From positions 608,001 through 672,000 of the forward strand of contig CAXRHT010000001.1 in NCBI GenBank assembly GCA_964230645.1: a stretch of DNA of 64,000 bases. Direction: 5' to 3'. Numbering within the stretch: position 1 is the stretch's first letter; the number at the start of each line of letters is the position of its first letter. Positions 40,569 through 50,083 of this stretch are shown here, in pieces. This stretch comes from Bdellovibrionales bacterium (lineage in GTDB: Bacteria > Bdellovibrionota > Bdellovibrionia > Bdellovibrionales > JAGQZY01). Position numbers and translations under genes: made by a program. A model generated the notes under the pieces. It saw only the letters and a program-made list of their open reading frames with translations. It was not told the DNA's origin and ran no database searches.

Positions 40569-41132
40569 GTGGCAAAGAGTTCAACAAAAGGTTTTTCGCT
40601 AATGGAGCTCATGGTCGCTGTAGCGATCATTGCCATCTTATCTCTGATGGCTGTCCCCGCCTATCAAGGGTTCCAAGCCCGAGCGAGACAAAAAGAAGGT
40701 TTCCATTTGGCAAATACCTTTTACACTGCGGCCCAAGCGACCCATACCGAGTTTGGTTTTTATCCAGGAGACTTCGTACAAACAGGTTTCCAACCCCAAG
40801 GAAGATTGGGCTACCGGCTTCGCACACAGAACGGAACTCTTATTCCATCTTTGCCGAATGATGATGGCTGCCTGAATACAGACCAGCCTTGCGACTGCGG
40901 GGGAGATTGCCCTAATTATAGAGAGTGGGAGGAAATTCCAGGAAACGTCGGCACCGAGACCCTCGGAGCAGTTGGATGTGATTGGGGAGCCTCCTGCGGC
41001 CCTCCTTTTGTCACTGACGATACTTTTCAAATTCTCGTTTGTGGATACGTAAACACTCGTTCTGCGTTGAGAGATCAATACGGCATGAATGAAAACAAAC
41101 AACTCACCATGTGTTTAGATGGATTGAAGTAA
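40569..41132 (+). CDS. Type IV pilin-like protein
   Basis: GTG after AAGGAG; KG|FSLMELMVAVAIIAIL...AVP.Y...RARQ.E; 8 Cys residues. Confidence 0.88.
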   Translation: MAKSSTKGFSLMELMVAVAIIAILSLMAVPAYQGFQARARQKEGFHLANTFYTAAQATHTEFGFYPGDFVQTGFQPQGRLGYRLRTQNGTLIPSLPNDDGCLNTDQPCDCGGDCPNYREWEEIPGNVGTETLGAVGCDWGASCGPPFVTDDTFQILVCGYVNTRSALRDQYGMNENKQLTMCLDGLK

Positions 41133-41192
41133 AAAAAAACGACCTGGTTTTGGGGAGCCAGGTCGAAAAAGGGGGATATGGGATCGTACCCC
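41131..41192 (-). ncRNA. Candidate C-rich small RNA, copy B (~60 nt)
   Basis: Sigma-54 promoter upstream, GAUCCCAUAUCCCCC motif, 8-bp terminator stem with CUCCCCAAAA loop and U9 tail. Confidence 0.55.
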
Positions 41193-41199
41193 TATATGA

Positions 41200-41216
41200 A
41201 GCAATCCCTATGCCCA
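41200..41216 (-). promoter_or_regulatory. Sigma-54-type promoter
   Basis: GGGCATAGGGATTGCT = GG-N10-GC with TTGCT at -12. Confidence 0.6.
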
Positions 41217-41333
41217 AAAAAATCTTAGCCCCCTGAACCAAGTATCTAATAATATTAGTGACTTATCCAACCTCACGCGACTCTACTTGTGACAATTTTG
41301 GGCCCAGTAACAATTTTCCGCGCCCCAATTTTG

Positions 41334-42410
41334 TCACTGCGACCTTGGTAAAGGCCGTTTTCCCATCGCGATAAGATGGTGTTGATGGGCCTTTACAGCA
41401 GAAAATAGACTTGGAAATTCATGGTAATGGAAGTTGTGACTCTGACAGGCTCTTTTTAATATTGGACGAATCTGAGGGTAATGAGTGTGACTGTAATTGG
41501 GAAAGATATGGTGCTCAATTTGATGATTAAGACCTCCCAGGTACCAGGACAGGAATCTATTTTTGGTAGCGAAGTTCGCTGTTGTGGCTAATTGAAACTC
41601 CGCCCAATCACTAGAGGTCCCCTTTTTTGAGAATTGTTGAACGTTGCTGACATGGGCCAATTGAAACACCACTACCATAATAAATCCCATCAATCCGAAG
41701 CTCACAAGGTAGCCAGTCAATACTAGAAGTGGATCACCGATGGTCCAAAGAGGAAGGAGCAAGAACAAAGAAACGTGCCAGAGTTTAACGAACAAGGTTT
41801 CCCAAATTACTTTTTTTAGAACCTTTGGTTTTAGGCTATAAGTGTTGCCTTTGATGTCGCGAAAATCACCCCACCACACCCAGCTTAAAATAAATAGCGG
41901 ATAGAGAAACCAAGCATAGATATGTTGAAAGCGGTGATTGGAGTGGAAGTTCTGCTGTTCGCAAAGCCTCAACAAACCGTTGGTATTTATATCATGATCT
42001 TTTCCAGGCACGTTAGTGAAACTGTGGTGGGCCACGCAGTGCTGATGAACCCACAAGGTTGGGCTACCACCTAAAAAAGAAATAACGTTTAAGAAAAGAT
42101 TGTTGATTGAACTATTGTCACTTGTCGCTTTATGACTGGCATCATGCATGACGGACATTTGAATGGAAACCATAATCAGAGCCCAAGGCAAGGCCAACAA
42201 AATGTTTGCCCACAAACTCTCTCCTCCGAAAGTTAAATAAACACCATAACTACCCAGCCATAAAACAAAGAGGATTAGGGCTTTAGCCACAAGTCTTTTG
42301 ACATCTTTTTGGGGACGTTTCGAAGTTTTAAGAAGGTCATTCACTTCTCCTTTCATAAACTTATGAAAGCTTTTTTTATTTTTTGACACTATTGCTGATT
42401 GAGAACTCAT
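41334..42410 (-). CDS. Membrane fatty-acid (acyl-CoA) desaturase
   Basis: His boxes HDASH, HCVAHH, QIEHH; GGLN. Confidence 0.92.
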   Translation of the reverse strand: MSSQSAIVSKNKKSFHKFMKGEVNDLLKTSKRPQKDVKRLVAKALILFVLWLGSYGVYLTFGGESLWANILLALPWALIMVSIQMSVMHDASHKATSDNSSINNLFLNVISFLGGSPTLWVHQHCVAHHSFTNVPGKDHDINTNGLLRLCEQQNFHSNHRFQHIYAWFLYPLFILSWVWWGDFRDIKGNTYSLKPKVLKKVIWETLFVKLWHVSLFLLLPLWTIGDPLLVLTGYLVSFGLMGFIMVVVFQLAHVSNVQQFSKKGTSSDWAEFQLATTANFATKNRFLSWYLGGLNHQIEHHIFPNYSHTHYPQIRPILKRACQSHNFHYHEFPSLFSAVKAHQHHLIAMGKRPLPRSQ

Positions 42411-42514
42411 TTGACCACCTTCAAGACAACTCAGTTACATGCTTATTCATATACGAAGAGTCAGACTCATCTTAACAGGAAGCGGGACGGTTTAGAGTAA
42501 AATAAAACAAAACT

Positions 42515-42530
42515 TAGACCATTTGGTCTT
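42515..42530. promoter_or_regulatory. Palindromic operator-like site upstream of the desaturase
   Basis: TAGACC-ATTT-GGTCTT. Confidence 0.4.
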
Positions 42531-42916
42531 TTTAGTACTAAACGGAGATTATATTTTCTCATCTGCTTCACACGCGTTCTAGCAGAAGTAATTAAATAGG
42601 AGAGAAGCTTAAGCTGTGTTACACTGAGGCTGGTTTTCTTGTTTTATGAGACTGGAATAGTATTCAACTGTCAATAGATTCTCTCTTTATTAAACAACAA
42701 AAATAATCAGCAGCCTTTAGGGTAAGTGCTATTCATTTCTTTTTACAGTTATGACTTAGCCATTGTGATTTTTTAATTGTTTCCAAAGACTCAAGGACCA
42801 AGAGATCGAAGGATTTTTAAATTATGTCATCGGGATCAAATCCGAAATGACATTTAAAAATCAATGAGAATATCTAGAAAAAATTTGATATTCCCTTTCA
42901 ACAAAAGGAGTACCTA

Positions 42917-43231
42917 TTGAAAAATCGAATTCGATTTAACAACCTTGTCGTATCCGCTGAAGAATTACCTGCCATTAAGAGAATTGTGCGACATCTATCA
43001 GAATGTGCCCCCTCTGATGCTTTTATCTCTGTAGACTTTCACAAAGCCAATCTTGGTTTTCAAGGAAGACTACAATTAAACTCTCCTAGTGAGAACTTTT
43101 CAGAGGAAGCTAATGGAGAATTATTGCTTTCTCTTATGCATAGCTTAGAAGATTTAACCATGCGTAGAATTGTTGAATGGCGTGAGAAAAGATTCTCCGT
43201 CATAGAGGAAGAAGAAAAGCTGACCTCTTAA
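42917..43231 (+). CDS. Small hypothetical protein, possibly HPF/RaiA-like fold
   Basis: TTG start after AAGGAG; apparent beta-alpha-beta-beta-beta-alpha pattern. Confidence 0.5.
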   Translation: MKNRIRFNNLVVSAEELPAIKRIVRHLSECAPSDAFISVDFHKANLGFQGRLQLNSPSENFSEEANGELLLSLMHSLEDLTMRRIVEWREKRFSVIEEEEKLTS

Positions 43232-43428
43232 ATGCTGCCACCAATATCGGGCCTTATCCAATCCTTCAATTGAATCGTTTAGGATTGGATTCGGATCCCT
43301 GGTCTTAGAGAGGTTTACGCCCCCGCAATCTTTAGGACCTCTTAATTAGACTAGTGTCCCCTCTGCGTAAGTCTGGAAGTAGCGCCCCTCTCTCAAAGCC
43401 TATTCTGATTTATAGTAAAATGATTCTG

Positions 43429-44187
43429 ATGAAACTCGTAATATTTTTTGTCTTTAACCTTGTTATATTAAGCCCGTGTTATGCTTTCAAAGTGAGTATC
43501 GATCCTGGTCATGGAGGAGGTGATGACTCAGGGGCTATCTACGCTGGCATCAAGGAGTCTCATCTTGTTCTAAAAATATCTAAAAAACTATACACCCGTT
43601 TGAGGAAGGATCCTTTTTTCGATGTGCAACTCCTAAGACAAAGCGATGAGTCCTTGGCTCTGGAAGATAGAGTTAAAAATACAAAAAAGTTTTCTCCCGA
43701 TTTATTTTTATCGATCCACGCCAATGCCAATCCAAACAAAAGAGCCAGAGGGACTGAGTTCTATATTCAAAACCAGCTTCCTGTTGATGAAGAGGCTTTG
43801 TTTTTGGCTCACAATGAATTTTCTGGAGATCCACTCGAAGGACCAAAAAAGGCAGGAGACATTGAGAGTATCGTCTACGATCTTGAAAAATCTCACCGTA
43901 TTACTAAAAGTTATCAGATAAGCACGTACCTAAGGGAACACTGGAGCAGCAAAAAAAGAAAAATGATCCGCCAAGGACCCTTTTTTGTCCTTAGTCACAA
44001 TGACGTCCCCTCCATCCTTTTAGAAGTGGGCTATTTAAGTCACTCTAAAGAGAGACAAAAGCTTTTAAATCCTGCCTATCAAGATCGCATGGTCAAAAAA
44101 ATCCATAAAGCACTAAAGGACTATGCGACAAACATGGACAAACTTCCGCCCGGCATTCTAAAACCTCAGAATGCAAAGACACGATAA
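43429..44187 (+). CDS. N-acetylmuramoyl-L-alanine amidase (Amidase_3)
   Basis: IDPGHGG, E, SIHANA, LLEVGYLS; signal peptide; start uncertain (43420 or 43429). Confidence 0.92.
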   Translation: MKLVIFFVFNLVILSPCYAFKVSIDPGHGGGDDSGAIYAGIKESHLVLKISKKLYTRLRKDPFFDVQLLRQSDESLALEDRVKNTKKFSPDLFLSIHANANPNKRARGTEFYIQNQLPVDEEALFLAHNEFSGDPLEGPKKAGDIESIVYDLEKSHRITKSYQISTYLREHWSSKKRKMIRQGPFFVLSHNDVPSILLEVGYLSHSKERQKLLNPAYQDRMVKKIHKALKDYATNMDKLPPGILKPQNAKTR

Positions 44188-44890
44188 TAGAAAAAACGAT
44201 CAGTTAAGAGAAGTGATCATCACTCCCCGCTTTAATCGCTATGCCGAGGGAAGTGCTTTGATTGAATTTGGACATACCAAAGTGGCCTGCACGGCCAGTG
44301 TGGAGACCTCCATTCCCAAATGGCTTCAAGGCCAAGAGCAGGGTTGGGTGACCGCTGAATATGGCATGCTCCCTCGCAGTACTCATGACCGCATGAGGCG
44401 AGATAAAACCAGTCAGTCGGGGCGCTCGCAAGAGATCTCAAGACTCATCGCCCGGTCCCTTCGAAGCTGCGTTGATTTAAAAAAACTCAAAGATATTCAG
44501 ATTTCTGTGGATTGCGATGTTCTCCAAGCCGATGGAGGCACTCGCACAGCCGCTATCACAGGTGGTTTTGTAGCCCTAGCTTTGGCTGTCGAATACCTGA
44601 TGGAGAAGAAACTGGTTTTAGAAAATCCTATTCTTAATCAAGTTTCAGCTATCAGTGTGGGTATTCTTGAAAACCAACCCTTACTCGATCTCTGTTACAT
44701 CGAAGACAGCCAAGCCGAAACGGATTGCAACTTTGTTATAAACAACAAAGGCGGATTGGTGGAGATCCAAGGAACAGCTGAAGAAAACCAATTTACCAGA
44801 GATCAATTCAACCAAATGTTAGATTACGCTCTTGTTGGTTGTGAAAACCTTCATCAAATACAAGAGCAGTGTTTGTCTCAAAAAATATAG
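44171..44890 (+). CDS. rph: Ribonuclease PH
   Basis: GWVTAEYGMLPRST, DCDVLQADGGTRTA. Confidence 0.97.
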   Translation: MQRHDNRKNDQLREVIITPRFNRYAEGSALIEFGHTKVACTASVETSIPKWLQGQEQGWVTAEYGMLPRSTHDRMRRDKTSQSGRSQEISRLIARSLRSCVDLKKLKDIQISVDCDVLQADGGTRTAAITGGFVALALAVEYLMEKKLVLENPILNQVSAISVGILENQPLLDLCYIEDSQAETDCNFVINNKGGLVEIQGTAEENQFTRDQFNQMLDYALVGCENLHQIQEQCLSQKI

Positions 44891-44902
44891 AGGAGCTTTT
44901 TA

Positions 44903-45496
44903 ATGGAATTATGGTTAGCCACGGGCAACCCCGGAAAGGTCAATGAAATTGAAAAGCTTCTTGGAGATCTCGATCTTGAAGTTCACACCCAAAAGGAGTT
45001 GAGCTTTTTTTCTCAACCTCCAGAAGATGGGGATAGCTTTGAAGCCAATGCCAGAATCAAAGCTAAAGCACTGCACGCCATGAAGTCTGATTCTTGGGTT
45101 CTTGCCGACGACTCGGGCCTTGTGGTCGAGGGCCTTGGCGGTCTCCCTGGAATTCACTCCGCTCGATACGCCGGCCCCAAAGCTCAGCCCTCTGAAAACA
45201 ACGCCAAGCTTTTAAAAATGATGCAACTTCGAAGTGCAGCTAACCGCAAGGCGCATTTCCATTGCACACTTGTCGCCATTTCTCCGCAAGGAGAAGAGAA
45301 GGTTTTCACTGGTGACCTGCAAGGTGAGATTGCCAAATCAGCCCGGGGAGCAGGTGGCTTTGGCTACGATCCTGTCTTTGTTCCTGAGGGAGAGGAGAAA
45401 ACTCTGGGAGAGCTTCCGGCAAGCCACAAAAACCAAATTTCTCACCGCTCAAAAGCACTGAAGGCTTTTGTTGAATTTCTCAAGACGAGCCTATAA
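44903..45496 (+). CDS. rdgB: dITP/XTP pyrophosphatase
   Basis: ATGNPGK, ADDSGL, GFGYDP, SHR. Confidence 0.96.
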   Translation: MELWLATGNPGKVNEIEKLLGDLDLEVHTQKELSFFSQPPEDGDSFEANARIKAKALHAMKSDSWVLADDSGLVVEGLGGLPGIHSARYAGPKAQPSENNAKLLKMMQLRSAANRKAHFHCTLVAISPQGEEKVFTGDLQGEIAKSARGAGGFGYDPVFVPEGEEKTLGELPASHKNQISHRSKALKAFVEFLKTSL

Positions 45497-45564
45497 AAGA
45501 ATTACAAAAGAAAAAAGGACACAGTTGTTTACAACCCCTACCAACAGTGATAACAAGGTGAGTC

Positions 45565-46512
45565 ATGGCCCAAATAAAAATATTTTCAGGAACTTCCAAT
45601 CTCAACTTTGCCAAGAGTGTGGCGAAATCCGCTGGGGTCAAACTCGGTAGCTGTGAAATTACCAGATTTGCGGATGGAGAGGTTCAAGCCGAGATCCACG
45701 AAAGTGTTCGTGGCGACTCTGTTTTTGTCATCCAGAGCTGCTGTCCGCCTGTTAATGAAAATTACATGGAGCTTTTTATCATGCTGGATGCTTTGAAAAG
45801 AGCCTCAGCAAAAGAAGTCACGGCCGTTCTCCCCTACTATGGCTACGCTAGGCAAGACCGCAAAGTGGCTCCTAGAGCTCCTATTTCTGCAAAATGTATG
45901 GCCGATCTTCTGACGGCCGCCGGAGCTTCAAGAGTTGTTTGTGTGGATTTACATGCCGCTCAGATCCAGGGATTTTTTAACTGTCCTGTGGATCACCTTT
46001 TCGCCACCCCAACTTTGGCTCAACAATGGCGCGAGCGTTACGGCACAGGCCCTGAATTCGTGGTTGTGAGCCCTGATGCGGGAGGGGTAGAAAGAGCCCG
46101 CGCTTTTGCTAAGAAAATTGATTGTTCTATGGCCATTATTGATAAAAGACGATCCGGCCCCAATGAAGCCCGTGCTCTCCACCTTATCGGTGATGTGAAG
46201 GAAAAAACGGCGATCATTGTAGACGATATGTGTGATACTGCAGGAACTTTAACACAAGCTGTTGACAGTCTCCTTGATAATGGGGCAAAAAGGGTGTTCG
46301 CCGTAGCCACTCATGCGCTGTTTTCTGGTCCCGCTGTGGGCCGATTAAAGGAATCAGGTGTGGAAAAAGTCCTTGTGACAGACACCATCCCATTGAGTGA
46401 AGAAGCTGCGGCTTGTGGAAAAATGGAAGTCATTAGTATGGCTCCCGTTGTGGCTGAAGCCCTTCTTAGAATTTACGGAAATGCTTCAGTTTCATCACTT
46501 TTTGATGATTAA
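45565..46512 (+). CDS. prs: Ribose-phosphate pyrophosphokinase
   Basis: FADGE, YARQDR, DLHA.QIQGFF, SPDAGG, VDDM.DTAGT. Confidence 0.97.
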   Translation: MAQIKIFSGTSNLNFAKSVAKSAGVKLGSCEITRFADGEVQAEIHESVRGDSVFVIQSCCPPVNENYMELFIMLDALKRASAKEVTAVLPYYGYARQDRKVAPRAPISAKCMADLLTAAGASRVVCVDLHAAQIQGFFNCPVDHLFATPTLAQQWRERYGTGPEFVVVSPDAGGVERARAFAKKIDCSMAIIDKRRSGPNEARALHLIGDVKEKTAIIVDDMCDTAGTLTQAVDSLLDNGAKRVFAVATHALFSGPAVGRLKESGVEKVLVTDTIPLSEEAAACGKMEVISMAPVVAEALLRIYGNASVSSLFDD

Positions 46513-46536
46513 AAAGGAATAAATAAGAGGTAGACG

Positions 46537-47238
46537 ATGGCTGGTAAACATACAGTATTTGAAGTTGAAGAAAGACAACCTGGAAAAGGTTTATCTGGAA
46601 AGTTTCGTAAAGAAAGAAAGATTCCTGCCGTTGTTTACGGTCCAAAAATGGAAAACCACAATTGCTTGATTGATGAAGTGTTTGTTCTTAAGCACAGCGG
46701 CTCCCGCCATGAGAGTTCGATCTTTCAAACAAAAAGTGATTCCAAGCCACTTAACTCTCTTAAAGTGATGCTTAAAAAGATCGATGTTCATCCTGTTTCT
46801 AAAAACCCAATCCACGTTGATCTTTACGCTCTTGATATGACATCAAAAATTAAAGTGAATGTGACAATCGAATTTGAAGGTGAGCCCGCTGTAGTGACTG
46901 ATGGAGAAGCCATCCTATCTGTGATCATGCGTGATATCGAAATTGAGTGTAACCCATCGGATATCCCAGATTCTGTTAAAGTTGACGTTTCCGGTCTTGA
47001 GCTCAATGATTCCGTTCACGTTTCTGATATGACTTTCCCTGAAGGGATCGTACCTGTTACAGCTCCTGAAAGAACGGTTTGTAACGTCACGATTCCCAAA
47101 GAAGAGCCGGCTGAACCTGCTGAAGGTGAAGAAATGGAAGCCGCTGCTACTGAAGGTGAAGAAGGAGCCGAGGGCGCTGACGGAGCGGCTGAAGGTGAAG
47201 CCGCAGAGGGCGAGAAAAAAGAAGGGGAAGAGTCCTAA
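46537..47238 (+). CDS. rplY: 50S ribosomal protein L25 / Ctc
   Basis: IPAVVYG, HVD; acidic tail; prs-rplY-pth synteny. Confidence 0.95.
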   Translation: MAGKHTVFEVEERQPGKGLSGKFRKERKIPAVVYGPKMENHNCLIDEVFVLKHSGSRHESSIFQTKSDSKPLNSLKVMLKKIDVHPVSKNPIHVDLYALDMTSKIKVNVTIEFEGEPAVVTDGEAILSVIMRDIEIECNPSDIPDSVKVDVSGLELNDSVHVSDMTFPEGIVPVTAPERTVCNVTIPKEEPAEPAEGEEMEAAATEGEEGAEGADGAAEGEAAEGEKKEGEES

Positions 47239-47313
47239 GGACTTAACCCCAGAACTTTTTAGTTCTTCCTTTTTCAATTTGCATTCATTTTACGCCATAG
47301 AGGACTCTAAAAA

Positions 47314-47880
47314 ATGTGGTTAATCGCTGGCCTAGGAAATCCTGGAAAAAAATATCTTTTAACCAGGCACAACGTAGGATTCATGGCGATTGACTACTAC
47401 CTCAATAACATTGGCAATCCTCCCGAAAAAAAAGAACACAAATCACTGACCTACTCCTTCAGTATCGAGAGCGAAAAAGTCATTATGGCTAAACCACAAA
47501 CTTATATGAATGACTCAGGTGAGGCCATTCAAGCACTCTGCCATTATTACAAAGTGAAACCACAAAATGTATTAATTCTCCATGATGAAATCGAGCAACC
47601 TTTCGGACAAATGAAAATGCAATTTGCCCGTGGCCATGGTGGACAAAATGGTATTCGCGACATTCATCAAAAGTTGGGAAGCAACGAATACTATCGCCTA
47701 CGTATCGGTGTGGGACGCCCTGAGGGAAAGAAAGATGTCTCCGCCCATGTGCTTAGCCCCTTTTCGAAACAAGAGCAAAAAGATCTCCCCGATGTTCTCG
47801 AAAAAGTGAGCGATGGAATGGAAACACTCCTTTGTGAAGGCTTCCAAAAAGCAGCCACTCTCGTCAATCGTAAAGCTTGA
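47314..47880 (+). CDS. pth: Peptidyl-tRNA hydrolase
   Basis: GLGNPG, TRHNVGF, KPQTYMN, RLRIGVGRP. Confidence 0.97.
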   Translation: MWLIAGLGNPGKKYLLTRHNVGFMAIDYYLNNIGNPPEKKEHKSLTYSFSIESEKVIMAKPQTYMNDSGEAIQALCHYYKVKPQNVLILHDEIEQPFGQMKMQFARGHGGQNGIRDIHQKLGSNEYYRLRIGVGRPEGKKDVSAHVLSPFSKQEQKDLPDVLEKVSDGMETLLCEGFQKAATLVNRKA

Positions 47881-47973
47881 TTGAGCCCCCCCAAAAAAAG
47901 CACGACCGTTTCTCTTATTTCCGATTATTAATGTCTCAAATAAATATATTGAGTCTTTTCTTTTGAGAATGTC

Positions 47974-48000
47974 TTAGGTTCACAGCCAATCTGCCGATAA
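47974..48000 (+). promoter_or_regulatory. Putative sigma-28 (FliA) promoter
   Basis: TTAG-N15-GCCGATAA (perfect -10) 40 nt before the ATG at 48041. Confidence 0.55.
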
Positions 48001-48040
48001 AGATCATGGAGTGTTTGTTAACTTGAAAGGTTAACTAGGG

Positions 48041-49912
48041 ATGAATTGTTTCAGAATTTTTATTTTAATAGCAGTGACGTTGGTTTTAGGAGCTTGTTCG
48101 AAAAAAGACAGCTCTCATTCAAAGGTATCTATCCAGTTTGACGAGTCAATCTTTGCCAGCAAAGCTCATCAACTTTCATTGAAGCCTGACGGGAAAACTG
48201 TAAGGAAATCGGGACCTGATTGGGGTGTGCAGAACCCGACCCAAATCACTCAAATTGGCTGTTATGCTGTTTTTGTGGGTGGTCCTGAAGACAGTCTAAA
48301 ACAATCTTTTTGTGAGTTGGGCTCCGGTCAACGTTTTGCTTTTGGCCCGCGCGCCGGTTTTTTCAACATTCGCTCAAAGGGTTCCATTCAAGTCCCCGCA
48401 GGAGAAAATCGTCAAATTTATCTTTTCGGAATGGCCTCTGCCGATGGAACTTGTGAATCCGACTTCGCCGTCAACGCTGACATTGAGGCGAAAAATTACT
48501 CAGCCCCCTTTCTTCTGGGTAAAGCAAGAGCCAACTTGGCTAAATCTGAAGAAGTGGTAGAGATTAGACTGCAAGGAGATTTCTCGGAATCTAACCGAAT
48601 TACTACCTGTAATTTTATGGAAGATAAGAAGCTTGATATCATAGGTTACGATTCCGATCGAAAGTATTGGTTAGCCAGCAATGAAGTTCCTCGTACTATA
48701 CGAATTGAGCACGAAGGCCAAGAGGTTCGCTGTTCAAGGGATGGGGGCTCCACCTTTGAAAATTGCGACACTCCTAGTACCTTGATTTGGAGACAAGAAG
48801 ACTACAATCAACAGCATGTTGTCCAAACACGAATGCAAGATGGCAAATCCTATTTTAAAACCTTTACTCCTTCGGAAGTTTATCCAGATATCGAGTGGAT
48901 TACAGCTGGCTGTGACCATACAATATCAGCTGACGACTCGATCAACGATGTACAATCTTATTTTAGTTCTTCTAGCGCCACTCTCTGTATTGATCCCAAG
49001 GTCACAATTTCAGGGATATTGAACGCTGCGATTAACTTGGGCGGTGATCTTGTCGTCATCTCACCCCAGGCTGACGACCACTCTCGAGCTAGGATAGATG
49101 TCACGCCAATGTCAACAAGCTCCCTGTTTTACTTTGATCCCAACTTTGCAAATGCGTATTTTAAAATGATTGGTGTCGATGTGGAATATAGTTCCTCTGG
49201 TGAAGTTCTTTTTTACCTTTACAATGCCAGTGGAGCTCACGACTACTACGTTTACTTTGATGATTCTATTTTAACTAACAGAACCGGGGCTGAAGTACTA
49301 AGGGCCCGGAGCTCGGGAGGAACTAACATAACACACCTCAAAACTTTCCACTCTCGCTTTGTTTCGGATGATAGCTCTGACCCCGCCATCGATATTGAGC
49401 AGCAGCAATTTGATTTCACTTTAATAGACTCTTTTATTGAATCGGACTCCGAAGCGCTCACATCAAGAGCTGGATGGTTTACAATGGACGGCAGTGAAGT
49501 TTTTGGCTCAGGAGATAATGGTAATGATCCAACAATGAGTTTTTATGGCGGAGGGTCTGCAGAAATCAGAAATTCAAGAATCCAAGGCGCAAACAGTTCA
49601 GCCCTTCAAATGGATTGTCTCGGCTCAGGGAACTTTCTAAATTTTAACCTTTTCAATACTGAGATCATTAGGGAAGACGACGGGACAAATGGCAATGGAG
49701 CTGCGATTACAATAAACGAGCCCGGGTGCTCTATTTCGGTGAACTCGAATGAAGATTTCGCTGACAACCTAAGCCTGGCGCATAATAATCGAATTTGTGC
49801 AATCGATGGCTCAACAGCAACCTACAACTCTATTTTCGATACAGCTCCTAGTGGAGCGGGCACTTTCGATCCAGACCAGCTGAGTATTGGGATCTGTGAT
49901 TTTAGTGATTAA
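48041..49912 (+). CDS. Large hypothetical lipoprotein, C-terminal half beta-helix-like
   Basis: Lipobox LGAC; short beta-repeat-like Ser/Asn/Asp-rich C-terminus. Confidence 0.65.
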   Translation: MNCFRIFILIAVTLVLGACSKKDSSHSKVSIQFDESIFASKAHQLSLKPDGKTVRKSGPDWGVQNPTQITQIGCYAVFVGGPEDSLKQSFCELGSGQRFAFGPRAGFFNIRSKGSIQVPAGENRQIYLFGMASADGTCESDFAVNADIEAKNYSAPFLLGKARANLAKSEEVVEIRLQGDFSESNRITTCNFMEDKKLDIIGYDSDRKYWLASNEVPRTIRIEHEGQEVRCSRDGGSTFENCDTPSTLIWRQEDYNQQHVVQTRMQDGKSYFKTFTPSEVYPDIEWITAGCDHTISADDSINDVQSYFSSSSATLCIDPKVTISGILNAAINLGGDLVVISPQADDHSRARIDVTPMSTSSLFYFDPNFANAYFKMIGVDVEYSSSGEVLFYLYNASGAHDYYVYFDDSILTNRTGAEVLRARSSGGTNITHLKTFHSRFVSDDSSDPAIDIEQQQFDFTLIDSFIESDSEALTSRAGWFTMDGSEVFGSGDNGNDPTMSFYGGGSAEIRNSRIQGANSSALQMDCLGSGNFLNFNLFNTEIIREDDGTNGNGAAITINEPGCSISVNSNEDFADNLSLAHNNRICAIDGSTATYNSIFDTAPSGAGTFDPDQLSIGICDFSD

Positions 49913-50083
49913 ACTCCTCTTTTCTAAGTATGACTGGCTCTTGCAAGGCCAGTCCTTATCATTTCAACCAAAAAAAGCTTTTGTACGGCTCAATTTCGAG
50001 CCAGACAGGAGTTTCTCTTATCCAAAAAATATCGTATAGTCGGACTCTCAATTTTGACAAGACATGGCTCTAGGAGAATGATC

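Noticed and set aside
45497..45564. tRNA-Gln often found upstream of prs
   Set aside because: The 68-bp spacer has no tRNA features.
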